IMG/VR virus record: IMGVR_UViG_3300007960_000015
Span: 1 to 64,000 of that record
Length of the DNA stretch: 64,000 nt
From: a virus
Strand: one strand, 5' to 3'
Part shown: in pieces, positions 46,548 to 55,050 of the stretch
How positions within the stretch are numbered: the stretch's first letter is position 1
Layout of the letters: every line of letters begins with the position of its first letter
Notes under the pieces: model-generated
The model's database searches: none
What the model was told of the DNA's origin: nothing
The model's input: the letters and a program-made list of their open reading frames with translations, nothing else
Position numbers and translations under genes: made by a program

Positions 46548-47453
46548 ATGAATTATTTGTTATTGGGTGGTGCTGGTTTTATAGGTACCCACCTGGCGAG
46601 GCGTCTCTTAGAGGCAGGCCATAAAGTCACTATTATTGATAACCTTAGCACTTCAGAGATGCCTGAGGATTTTTCTTATTTTCACCAACAGGATATTAGA
46701 GATGGAGGACCAATACTGGATTTCTTCATTGAAAAATCCGATGTTGTTTATTTTTTAGCTGCTTCGGTTGGAGTACAACATATTGATAAAGATCCTAAGG
46801 GAACTTTGGAAAATAATATCGAATTAATTCAGGCTGTAATTCCTCTTTTAGAAAAATATAATAAGAAATGTATATTTGCCTCTAGTTCTGAGGTATATGG
46901 AGATGGTCCGTTTTTAGAAGATGGAAACTTATCTATAGGAAACCCTCAAGTATTAAGATGGGGTTATGCAGCTGCTAAATTAACTACAGAGTTTATGATA
47001 GCAGCCTCTTCCTTTCCTTTTATTATTGCTAGATTCTTTAATATAGTAGGACCGGGCCAACTTCCTGACTATGGGATGGTGCTTCCTAATTTTATTAAGG
47101 CTATTAAAAATAAAGAAGATTTAATTGTTCATGGTGATGGAAAGCAAGTTAGATCATTCTGTCATGTTAAAGATGCGGTTGACTTTTTGTTACAATTAGA
47201 GTATAATAATAGTAAGGAGTTTCCAATTTATAATATTGGAAATGATCAACCAATAACTATTAAGCAATTAGCTGAGAAGGTTATTGAATTATCAGATTCA
47301 TCTTGTAAGTTATCAATGACTCCTTATAAAGAAGTGTTTAGTGAGAATACTAAAGACATTAATTATAGAGTACCTGATTTAACAAAACTCAGAAGAAATA
47401 TAATGTATGCCCCGAAGTATTCATTAGATGATATAATAAAGGATATGTTATGA
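46548..47453 (+). CDS. NAD-dependent nucleotide-sugar epimerase/dehydratase
   Basis: GGAGFIG; ASSSEVYG; YAAAK; RFFNIVGP; GDGKQVRSFCHV.D; YNIG. Confidence 0.9.
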   Translation: MNYLLLGGAGFIGTHLARRLLEAGHKVTIIDNLSTSEMPEDFSYFHQQDIRDGGPILDFFIEKSDVVYFLAASVGVQHIDKDPKGTLENNIELIQAVIPLLEKYNKKCIFASSSEVYGDGPFLEDGNLSIGNPQVLRWGYAAAKLTTEFMIAASSFPFIIARFFNIVGPGQLPDYGMVLPNFIKAIKNKEDLIVHGDGKQVRSFCHVKDAVDFLLQLEYNNSKEFPIYNIGNDQPITIKQLAEKVIELSDSSCKLSMTPYKEVFSENTKDINYRVPDLTKLRRNIMYAPKYSLDDIIKDML

Positions 47454-48106
47454 AAATATTATTTGTATTTGCCCATCCAGATGATGAGGCTTATGGTCCG
47501 GCAGGAACTATTAATAAACTCGCGCAGAGTCATGAAGTAGAAATATTTGTATTGTGTAGAGGTGATCGATTTGGTAACGAAGATGTATCTCGTGCAAGAA
47601 TTGAACAATTTAAACAATCATGTGAACATCTGGGGGTGAAGGGAACAATTCTTAATCACTCCGATTGTAATCTTACCTATAATCAGGTTTGCAGTGATAT
47701 AACAAAGAAAGTTATGCAATTTGAACCAGATGTAGTATATACACATTCTAATACAGATATACATTTAGATCATAGATTAGTATCTGAGGCTACTATGGTA
47801 GCTTGTCGTCCAACGGCAAATTCTACAGTTAATGCTGTGTATATGTGTGAGATTCCATCTTCTACTGATTGGTCATTTGGTAAGATAAATGGTTCATTTA
47901 CACCAAATGTATATAAAGATGTAACTGATTTTATTCATAAGAAACAACAAGTAATGTCATTATATAAGACTGAATTACATGATTATCCAGATGCTAGATC
48001 AACGGAGTCTATGGAAGTATTAGCTATGCATCGTGGAAAACAGATTGGTGTGCATCGTGCAGAAGCTTTTCAATTGGTGTTCTCTCACGACCGTGGAATT
48101 CAGTAA
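47450..48106 (+). CDS. PIG-L/LmbE family N-acetyl deacetylase
   Basis: AHPDDE; VYTH..DIHLDH; F.PN.Y.D; RG...G...AEAF. Confidence 0.9.
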   Translation: MKILFVFAHPDDEAYGPAGTINKLAQSHEVEIFVLCRGDRFGNEDVSRARIEQFKQSCEHLGVKGTILNHSDCNLTYNQVCSDITKKVMQFEPDVVYTHSNTDIHLDHRLVSEATMVACRPTANSTVNAVYMCEIPSSTDWSFGKINGSFTPNVYKDVTDFIHKKQQVMSLYKTELHDYPDARSTESMEVLAMHRGKQIGVHRAEAFQLVFSHDRGIQ

Positions 48107-48602
48107 AGCCATAACCTTTCAATAATCCTTTATATAAACCATCCATATCATCATTATATGGAAAACAAAATGATGTTGGAACAAAGTTTAAATTTTTATT
48201 AAACCATTCTAACATCATTTCTGTATCTCGTTTTATATAATCTACCTTCTCCTTCAACGTACTAAAACTTGTTAAGCGTGTATGTGAATGTGAGTGACAC
48301 CCTATATTTGTTCTATATTGTTCCGATAATTCTTTAATTTGATCAATAGTCATATATTGTGAAAAATCACCTTTAAATGCTTGTTGATGTGCCTGATGGC
48401 AAGGAAAGAATAAATCTGATTGTTTATTATTATTACATACTATTCCTGAAGATATAAAGTATGTTTTATCAGTATCGATTTTCTCGAACCGATGCGAATA
48501 ATAATATTGAGAATATAAACCGTCATCGAATGTTAGATTATAATCTTCAAGATTTAACGAAAACATATCTTCGTTAATAACTTCATGAATCATCAGCGTC
48601 AT
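48024..48602 (-). CDS. Polysaccharide deacetylase (NodB/CE4-like)
   Basis: LTFDDG; GCHSHSH; FCFPY; start could instead be ATG 48593. Confidence 0.8.
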   Translation of the reverse strand: MTLMIHEVINEDMFSLNLEDYNLTFDDGLYSQYYYSHRFEKIDTDKTYFISSGIVCNNNKQSDLFFPCHQAHQQAFKGDFSQYMTIDQIKELSEQYRTNIGCHSHSHTRLTSFSTLKEKVDYIKRDTEMMLEWFNKNLNFVPTSFCFPYNDDMDGLYKGLLKGYGFTEFHGRERTPIEKLLHDAHQSVFHDA

Positions 48603-48607
48603 AATTT

Positions 48608-48615
48608 TATAAATA
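48608..48615 (+). promoter_or_regulatory. T4-type late promoter box
   Basis: TATAAATA in the divergent intergenic region, 21 nt before ATG 48636. Confidence 0.6.
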
Positions 48616-48635
48616 AAATAGATTATTTTTTATTT

Positions 48636-49073
48636 ATGGGTAAAATTATGACTTATGTAATTGCGTTAGTGGGAGCCTGTTTTTTATCGGGTTGTGCCAC
48701 ATTAGGTGAAGGTTCATTAGATCTTAAAAATTTAGGAAAAACCGTAACAACTACGGCGGTTACTAATGTTGTGGCAGGACCAACTGCTGCCGCGGCTAAT
48801 CTGCTTACATCTATGGCTTATGATGAAGTGGCTGAAGAGATATCTCCAGAAAAACCTCAAATTTCTGAAATAGAAGAGGGTAATACAGAACAATTGGTAG
48901 CTTATATTTGGAGTGAGGCGAAGGAATTAATACTGTATAGTATTATAGGATTTTTGATATTCACTAATATTATAGGGCCTTGGGCTGCTCAAAGAAGAGC
49001 TAGGCGCAGGATGAAATACGAACAATACAAGATCGAAGCTAAAGCTTCAAGGGTTAAGAAAGATGGGCCTTGA
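48636..49073 (+). CDS. Putative lipoprotein with C-terminal TM segment
   Basis: Likely start 48636 or 48648; hydrophobic stretch ending in lipobox LSGC; TM ILYSIIGFLIFTNII followed by a basic tail. Confidence 0.6.
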   Translation: MGKIMTYVIALVGACFLSGCATLGEGSLDLKNLGKTVTTTAVTNVVAGPTAAAANLLTSMAYDEVAEEISPEKPQISEIEEGNTEQLVAYIWSEAKELILYSIIGFLIFTNIIGPWAAQRRARRRMKYEQYKIEAKASRVKKDGP

Positions 49074-49146
49074 ATTATTTTTAGAAATATTATTCATTGC
49101 TGGTTTAATCGGCGTGGCTGTATGGTTTCATAGTTTAATACCATGA
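49063..49146 (+). CDS. 27-aa single-TM microprotein (not in ORF track)
   Basis: MGLELFLEILFIAGLIGVAVWFHSLIP*; overlaps the upstream stop and is ATGA-coupled to 49143. Confidence 0.5.
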   Translation: MGLELFLEILFIAGLIGVAVWFHSLIP

Positions 49147-49718
49147 TAGATTTATTATTACAATTTTGGCAATTTACTTTAGTAGGGCTTTTAATTATTA
49201 TCGGTTTCATTATAAACCGTTTCGGCATAGATAGTGATGCTGATAGAGTAGGTTTTTCATACAAAGAAATGCCACATATGAAACCAATTGCTATTCCTAC
49301 AGCAGGCAAAGGCTTTTGGGGTGCTATTTGGCTATGGCTAATGGGGACACGTCAATGGGAAATTGCCAAAGATTTTCACTACAGTATTAACGGTGAAGAT
49401 TTTGTAATCCCGAAAGGATTTCAATTTGATGGTGCTAGTATTCCTAAGTTTTTACACACTTGGTTATCACCAACTGGTGTATTACTAATGGGTGGATTAA
49501 TTCACGATTATGGATACAAATACGCAACACTACTTAAAAAAGATAAGAAAACCACTATCGGCATCAAAGATCAAAAGTGGATGGATCAAACATTCAGAGA
49601 TATTAATATTGAACAAAACGGATTTCATTTCTTAAATTATTTGGCTTATTGGGCATTGCGATTGGGCGGTTTCGTTGCATGGAATGGACACAGGAGGAAC
49701 AATGAGAAATGTATTTAA
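49143..49718 (+). CDS. DUF1353 family protein with N-terminal membrane anchor
   Basis: IPKGFQFDGASIP; IHDYGY; D..F; A.RLGG..AW. Confidence 0.8.
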   Translation: MIDLLLQFWQFTLVGLLIIIGFIINRFGIDSDADRVGFSYKEMPHMKPIAIPTAGKGFWGAIWLWLMGTRQWEIAKDFHYSINGEDFVIPKGFQFDGASIPKFLHTWLSPTGVLLMGGLIHDYGYKYATLLKKDKKTTIGIKDQKWMDQTFRDINIEQNGFHFLNYLAYWALRLGGFVAWNGHRRNNEKCI

Positions 49719-50088
49719 GTTTTTAATAATCAGTTTATTAATTCAACCTGTCGCAGCCTTAGACGATTATAATTTAAGGTATTTTGGTCCGGATGCCAAG
49801 ATAGAAATAGGCAGAACTGCAGTTATTGTAAAGGTGATATTCCATCCTGATGAGGAAGCATTAAATGAGGAGTGGATGAGATATAACGAAGGGGATAGAT
49901 TCGATAAACACTTTCCGGGTATTAGAGGTTTTACCCTAGTAAATAGTGAAGATCCTGTATGTTATATTCATATGGAAAAGGCTGAAATTTGGGATGATAG
50001 AGAGAATATGACTATTTTAGGTCATGAGATGTATCATTGTCTGTTAGCAAGCCATCAGGAAGCTGATGAAAGCTCAACTGAAGATTAG
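49702..50088 (+). CDS. Secreted protein with HExxH zinc-metallopeptidase-like motif
   Basis: AGGAGG RBS before ATG 49702; signal peptide MRNVFKFLIISLLIQPVAA; ILGHEMYHC. Confidence 0.55.
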   Translation: MRNVFKFLIISLLIQPVAALDDYNLRYFGPDAKIEIGRTAVIVKVIFHPDEEALNEEWMRYNEGDRFDKHFPGIRGFTLVNSEDPVCYIHMEKAEIWDDRENMTILGHEMYHCLLASHQEADESSTED

Positions 50089-50623
50089 ACCTTCTCTCTG
50101 TAATATTTTCAACACTGTGGATAATCCGAGTATCTAAAATATACCAGCAGTTTAAAGGTCCTTTTATTGACTCCAATAATTTAAGATCAGCACTTCTATC
50201 TATAGCTAACCCCCTTTCTCTTTCAATAGGATATCCATTTTCTTGCCAAAATGAAAGGGTGGCGTCAGGTCCTCCTACTTCAAAATTATACAACATAACA
50301 TAACGTCGTGTAGTATCCGTATGTGGGAGTTGTTCGTGATCGAAAAACATCACCCCAGAATTGTCTCTTATAAAATCCGGAGTAATATTATTACTCATCC
50401 ATTCTTCGTCTTCTCGATTAAATCTATACCTAAGATTGTTATTAGACACCATAGGTTTAATCCAATCATAAGACTGATCCTTCCAATCTTCAACTTCATC
50501 GATAGAGACATAGTCATCCGCAGTAGGACTAAACAGATCTAAATCTGGACGATATCTCATATCGATTTTATTGATCATCCAATCGGGTGGATGAGGTAAA
50601 TTGGGAAGGAGCTTAAAGTACAC
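50012..50623 (-). CDS. Cupin/2OG-Fe(II) oxygenase-like protein
   Basis: LPHTD...YNFEVGG...WYILDTRIIHSVENI..RR (HxD...H). Confidence 0.55.
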   Translation of the reverse strand: MYFKLLPNLPHPPDWMINKIDMRYRPDLDLFSPTADDYVSIDEVEDWKDQSYDWIKPMVSNNNLRYRFNREDEEWMSNNITPDFIRDNSGVMFFDHEQLPHTDTTRRYVMLYNFEVGGPDATLSFWQENGYPIERERGLAIDRSADLKLLESIKGPLNCWYILDTRIIHSVENITERRSNLQLSFHQLPDGLLTDNDTSHDLK

Positions 50624-51471
50624 TACTTCTTATCTAACCAATGAGCTGTCATCTTATCTACGAATGTTGCCATGTTGTCAATATCATCTTGTGTTACATT
50701 GAAAGTACCATCAACTAATGACTTTTTCATATAAGCTTGAAATTCAGGATCAGTCGACCATGCTTTTAGTTTTGCTAACAAATCTTCGTTTTTAGTATTT
50801 GTATATACTAGGTAACCAATTTTAAAATCAGGTACTTTTAATCCTGGTAGTGCCTTTCCGATATAGTTGTCTTTTTTAGGATCTGTAGTATATAAACATT
50901 CTAGATTACCTTTTGCCACTTGTTTTTTAGCTAAACCAGAACCAATCCAACCTAAAGAAATATCACCAGCACGTAAAGCATTTACAACAGTCTTTGAACC
51001 TGAGTAAGGAACAATAGTTAGATCGCCTGCACCTGCATCACGCATCTTACTTTCATGTGCCTTTGTTGCATACATAGATGCCATGCCCAAAGCATTTGTT
51101 TGTCCTACAACTAAATCGTTATCTGTACCAGGTCTACGACAAATCCAAATAGGAGTACCGCCGGCAAATAAAGTATTTTCAGGTGTGGCTAAACTAGGAC
51201 AATTTAAACCTTTATTACGAGCACCAAATTCCATTGAGGAGTTGTAAATAAATACAGCATCTTTCTTCTCTTCATAAGCCCTTCCTGCATCTTCACAATT
51301 TGAACCTTGATAATATTTACCACCAACAGACTTCTTTACACCCATAGCAAATACAGTAGTAGGACTTGCTTTAGAGCTAGGCGATACAATTGTTAATTGA
51401 TCCTCTCCAAAAAAGGCCATACTTGTTGTAGCGATTGCTGTAAGTATGATTGTAGATAACGTTTTCTTCAT
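50623..51471 (-). CDS. tctC: Tripartite tricarboxylate transporter substrate-binding protein (TctC-like)
   Basis: Signal peptide; IVPYSGSKTVVNALRAGDI matches the TctC VPYxG...ALxxGxV motif; adjacent to tctA; AGGAG RBS. Confidence 0.7.
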   Translation of the reverse strand: MKKTLSTIILTAIATTSMAFFGEDQLTIVSPSSKASPTTVFAMGVKKSVGGKYYQGSNCEDAGRAYEEKKDAVFIYNSSMEFGARNKGLNCPSLATPENTLFAGGTPIWICRRPGTDNDLVVGQTNALGMASMYATKAHESKMRDAGAGDLTIVPYSGSKTVVNALRAGDISLGWIGSGLAKKQVAKGNLECLYTTDPKKDNYIGKALPGLKVPDFKIGYLVYTNTKNEDLLAKLKAWSTDPEFQAYMKKSLVDGTFNVTQDDIDNMATFVDKMTAHWLDKK

Positions 51472-51486
51472 TATATTATTTCTCCT

Positions 51487-52788
51487 TTAATAAAAATAAA
51501 TGTTATAGGTCTGTATATATAACCAAACCAGCTTATCCCCTAAAATTGTGGCGAATAAAAACGGAAGGGGTGATACGTTTTTATATTTTAGAATAAACCC
51601 GAGTAATGTAAATAATCCTAAAAGGATAAAGTACATTAGGATGGTCAATTCAGATGCCCATAAGTCAACAATAATTAACGAACCCAATAAAACTGCTAGT
51701 ATGATTTTCATCTTATGATGAATGGCAACGATGAATTTCGCATACCAGTCAATTAAATGAGTTGATAATATATAGTAAAGTCCTAAACACAATAATAAGA
51801 TTAACATAGAAGCGTCTACTACTCTTAATCCTTCAATAACACTCGGCTCATATATTTCATCAAATATAGTCATACCTTTCATGTCTACAATATTACTCAT
51901 TAATAACGCATTAAAGTTAATAGGTAATGCTAATAACATTAAAGGAATTGAACAAGTAATTACTGAGGAATTATTTGCTGTTTCAGCCGCAATAATCTTT
52001 TTCTTTACATCTTTCCCTGCTGTCTTGTATGCGGCAATAGCAGCTAAAGAGGAACTTGGACCTGGTATAAGTCCTGCGATAGATCCAATCACCGCTGATT
52101 TTATAGCCAGATAGAATGAATAGGTTTTATCTTTAATAGCTTCGTAGTGATCATCCAATACAGCCCTCCTATCAGTACTCATAAAGACGTCTGGAAGAAC
52201 CACAGCCCCTAATGCTAACATATAGAACGTATATCCTTGAGTATAATATTGTAAATTAAACCAAGTATCAGGAATAGCATAATTTTGTTTAGGACCTAGC
52301 ATTATACCGAGTAATACTAAACCTATTGTCCACCACCATCTCTTATCTAAAAATACAAAGGATAACATAGCTAAAGTATACAATGAGGCCTGGAATGGAA
52401 TACCCATTAACCAAGGCATATTAGCAATATTAATATATTCTATACAGAACCATACAAATAATGTAGATAGAGTTCCAGCAATCCAAGAACCATAAGCGGT
52501 GGAATGAAGGAGTGAATTTTTAACTTCATGTGTTAAATTATCTAAGTCACGAATATAAACTAGACTTGATTCTTCTCCAGGTATTTTTGTTGTGATAACG
52601 GCGATTGAGCCGAAGAATTGTGATCCAGATACAACAGCTAACCAAAAGGTAATTAGATGTTCTAAAGGGAAATCATTATAAAAGTAAAATAATAGGAAAG
52701 GGCCTGTGAATACCGGTAATGCAGGTAATAATCCTGTTAATACACCAACGCCTACACCAGCTAAGGCCAATAATAATAATTCGATCAT
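51487..52788 (-). CDS. tctA: Tripartite tricarboxylate transporter permease (TctA family)
   Basis: Multi-TM; GVLTGLLP; FFGSI...KIPGE; GLIPG; IIAAETANNS; PLMLLALP. Confidence 0.85.
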   Translation of the reverse strand: MIELLLLALAGVGVGVLTGLLPALPVFTGPFLLFYFYNDFPLEHLITFWLAVVSGSQFFGSIAVITTKIPGEESSLVYIRDLDNLTHEVKNSLLHSTAYGSWIAGTLSTLFVWFCIEYINIANMPWLMGIPFQASLYTLAMLSFVFLDKRWWWTIGLVLLGIMLGPKQNYAIPDTWFNLQYYTQGYTFYMLALGAVVLPDVFMSTDRRAVLDDHYEAIKDKTYSFYLAIKSAVIGSIAGLIPGPSSSLAAIAAYKTAGKDVKKKIIAAETANNSSVITCSIPLMLLALPINFNALLMSNIVDMKGMTIFDEIYEPSVIEGLRVVDASMLILLLCLGLYYILSTHLIDWYAKFIVAIHHKMKIILAVLLGSLIIVDLWASELTILMYFILLGLFTLLGFILKYKNVSPLPFLFATILGDKLVWLYIQTYNIYFY

Positions 52789-52834
52789 AATATAGATTTA
52801 TAAAATCACTATATTATATATAAGGGTAAGAACG

Positions 52835-52842
52835 TATAAATA
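52835..52842 (+). promoter_or_regulatory. T4-type late promoter box
   Basis: TATAAATA immediately upstream of 52851. Confidence 0.65.
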
Positions 52843-52850
52843 TAGTTAAT

Positions 52851-53198
52851 GTGGAGAATAAAATGGAAATTTTAACTTTAGATACGTTTAGTTTACAGGT
52901 AGCTGATTTAATAACACCCTTTTTGGCGTTATTGATCGTTATCATTACGGGTATATTTGTGAAGGATTTGGCCATTGATTTAGCTAATGGAGTCGCATTT
53001 AAACTCTTTAGTCCTTTCAAAGAGGGTGACGAAGTAATCCTAGATGATAAGAGAGCTACTATAATAAGGATAGGACTAACTGTAACAGTTTTTGGATATA
53101 ATGATGACGCGAAAGGTTACATTTGGAGATACGTCCCTAATGATAAAATTGGCAATTTAAGGCTCGGTAAAATCATTTCTAAGGCAAATAAAATATAA
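52851..53198 (+). CDS. Small MscS-like (mechanosensitive channel beta-domain) membrane protein
   Basis: TM followed by KDL...ANG....PFKEGDEVILDD..A.I.RIGL..T...VPN. Confidence 0.65.
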   Translation: MENKMEILTLDTFSLQVADLITPFLALLIVIITGIFVKDLAIDLANGVAFKLFSPFKEGDEVILDDKRATIIRIGLTVTVFGYNDDAKGYIWRYVPNDKIGNLRLGKIISKANKI

Positions 53199-53201
53199 AT
53201 A
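53194..53201 (+). promoter_or_regulatory. T4-type late promoter box
   Basis: TATAAATA upstream of 53230. Confidence 0.6.
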
Positions 53202-53229
53202 TTAATAGTATTTGTTAGAAGGAAAACAG

Positions 53230-53616
53230 ATGGAGCATAAGGATTTAAGCGCACTGGAAATAGAATTAGCAGTATTGCAAAGGGATGTGAAGAATTACGA
53301 GAATAAAAAAGCGGAAGTCCCCAATTGGGTTAAGAACTCTTCTGCGGCAATTATATTAGCTATTTTCACACAAACAATAGCTTCAGTTTGGTGGGCTTCG
53401 GCTATAACCGCCAATGTAGACAATCTACGAAAAGAGGTTAGACTAAATACAGAGTTTAGATTATTGTTTCCTAAAATGAAAGAAGACATAATGATCGAAT
53501 TGAATAAACTGGGATCACAAAATAGTCATTTATCTGAAAAAATTGATACAATTAAAGGCATAGTTATTGGTCCTGATAGTGGCCATAATTTTAAAATCAC
53601 CCCATTAACGGAATAA
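53230..53616 (+). CDS. Hypothetical single-TM coiled-coil protein
   Basis: ATG 53230 after GAAGGA; TM AIILAIFTQTIASVWWAS. Confidence 0.5.
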   Translation: MEHKDLSALEIELAVLQRDVKNYENKKAEVPNWVKNSSAAIILAIFTQTIASVWWASAITANVDNLRKEVRLNTEFRLLFPKMKEDIMIELNKLGSQNSHLSEKIDTIKGIVIGPDSGHNFKITPLTE

Positions 53617-53620
53617 ATTT

Positions 53621-55042
53621 ATGAAATCATTTACTGAATCATTAAAAGGCGATAAAGAAGCATACCAGGCATTTTTTAAAAAAGCACTAAAGAAGTTTGG
53701 TGTTGATGAACCTGATCAATTATCTGGCGATAAGAAAAAGGAATTTTTTAATTACGTAGATAAAAATTGGAAGGCTGATAATGAGACAGATGTAGATGAG
53801 GGACTTTCTCCACTTTCTAAAGGCACTAGAAAACACATCGACCGTGTTCGTGATGATAATAATGAAAGATTAAAAAAGTTAAGAGCATCGAAGAGAAAGA
53901 AGAATCCTACTTTCATGGACAAGTTTAAAAAAGGATTTAAAAAAGAAGATTTAGATTTAGACGAAGCACTTAACAAAGATTGGATTAAAGCAGTAAATAA
54001 TCTCAGTAAGAAAATGGGTGCGAGTGTTGCTAAGTCATCTAAAGGTGGTATTATTCCTTTCGCATCAAGAGTTGGTAAAACTACTAATATTGGTTATACT
54101 GATTCTAAAGGAAAGAGACATGTAGTATTCTCTACTGATAAACCATTATCTAATAAAGAAGAAGATAAAATGATGGCTGATATTCGTAAGAAGTTTGCGA
54201 TTAAGGAAGCAAGAGTACCAAGTGATGATAACTTTAAAGGCGCTGGTTATTCTGGTGAAAAGGGTTTCAAAAATAAAGCAGTAGCATCGAGAGGTGGTTC
54301 GACTGCTGGAAGAAATCGTAGTCGAGCAGCACAGAGAAAAGCACAAGAAGGTATGATAGATGCCGCTATAAAACAAGATCTAAAAGCTTTTAGGAAACAT
54401 GCTGTAGCAATGTCTAAAAGTATAGCATCGCAGACTAAACAAAAAGAACCAATCCAAACAATGTGGACTAAAGAAAAAGCAAAAGCATTGAAAGACGGAA
54501 CTTGGTTTAAGATGAGTTACCAACAACAGAAAAAGATAGAGGGTGACAAACCAAGATATGAACCTTTTGATTGGGGTCAAAGAGAATCGGTAGAAGATAT
54601 GAATAAATTAAATGAAGCTTTTGATGTTCCGAACATAGATTATTCAAAATTAAAAGACTATAAAGGTTTCCAGAATATTAACATCAACAAGATGATTAAG
54701 GCAAATAATTTCGCTAAGTTTAATGTAAAGACAATACAAGATGTTATTGTTTGGTTAAACATGGTTGCGATGCAATGGAAAGCAGGTAATCTGAAAGAAG
54801 AAGTTGAAATCGAAGAAGCAGTGGCAGTTGATATGAGAACTAAAGGTTATAAGGAAGCGGTGAAGAGAGCTTTACTAAAGAAAAAGAAATGTAAGAAAGA
54901 TACTTATGAAGTAAAGAATGATGATGTTTTGGAAATCGATGGTGTTTCTTCAAAGCCTAAGACAGAGGATGTGACTACAGCTAATGTAGCAACAACCCCT
55001 AAACCATTATCAACAATGCGCCGTAAGAAGAAAGATTACTAG
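53621..55042 (+). CDS. Lys-rich putative internal head protein with repeated prohead-protease-type sites
   Basis: N-terminal YQAFFKKALKKFG...KKKEFFNYVDKNW; basic blocks separated by VDE/LDE/IKE/LNE/LKE/IEE motifs. Confidence 0.5.
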   Translation: MKSFTESLKGDKEAYQAFFKKALKKFGVDEPDQLSGDKKKEFFNYVDKNWKADNETDVDEGLSPLSKGTRKHIDRVRDDNNERLKKLRASKRKKNPTFMDKFKKGFKKEDLDLDEALNKDWIKAVNNLSKKMGASVAKSSKGGIIPFASRVGKTTNIGYTDSKGKRHVVFSTDKPLSNKEEDKMMADIRKKFAIKEARVPSDDNFKGAGYSGEKGFKNKAVASRGGSTAGRNRSRAAQRKAQEGMIDAAIKQDLKAFRKHAVAMSKSIASQTKQKEPIQTMWTKEKAKALKDGTWFKMSYQQQKKIEGDKPRYEPFDWGQRESVEDMNKLNEAFDVPNIDYSKLKDYKGFQNININKMIKANNFAKFNVKTIQDVIVWLNMVAMQWKAGNLKEEVEIEEAVAVDMRTKGYKEAVKRALLKKKKCKKDTYEVKNDDVLEIDGVSSKPKTEDVTTANVATTPKPLSTMRRKKKDY

Positions 55043-55050
55043 ATTATGAA

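Noticed and set aside
29682-48106. Stop-codon recoding or selenocysteine read-through joining the short enzyme genes
   Set aside because: Adjacent genes are mostly in different frames, each has its own N-terminal motifs, and core genes read normally in the standard code
48585-48635. Longer start for the lipoprotein
   Set aside because: It overlaps the divergent gene and precedes the late promoter box; ATG 48636/48648 gives a proper lipoprotein signal
21527-52788. Host chromosomal DNA or chimeric assembly
   Set aside because: Fibre-type genes and T4 late promoter boxes are interspersed throughout, and composition looks continuous with the flanks; read coverage would settle it
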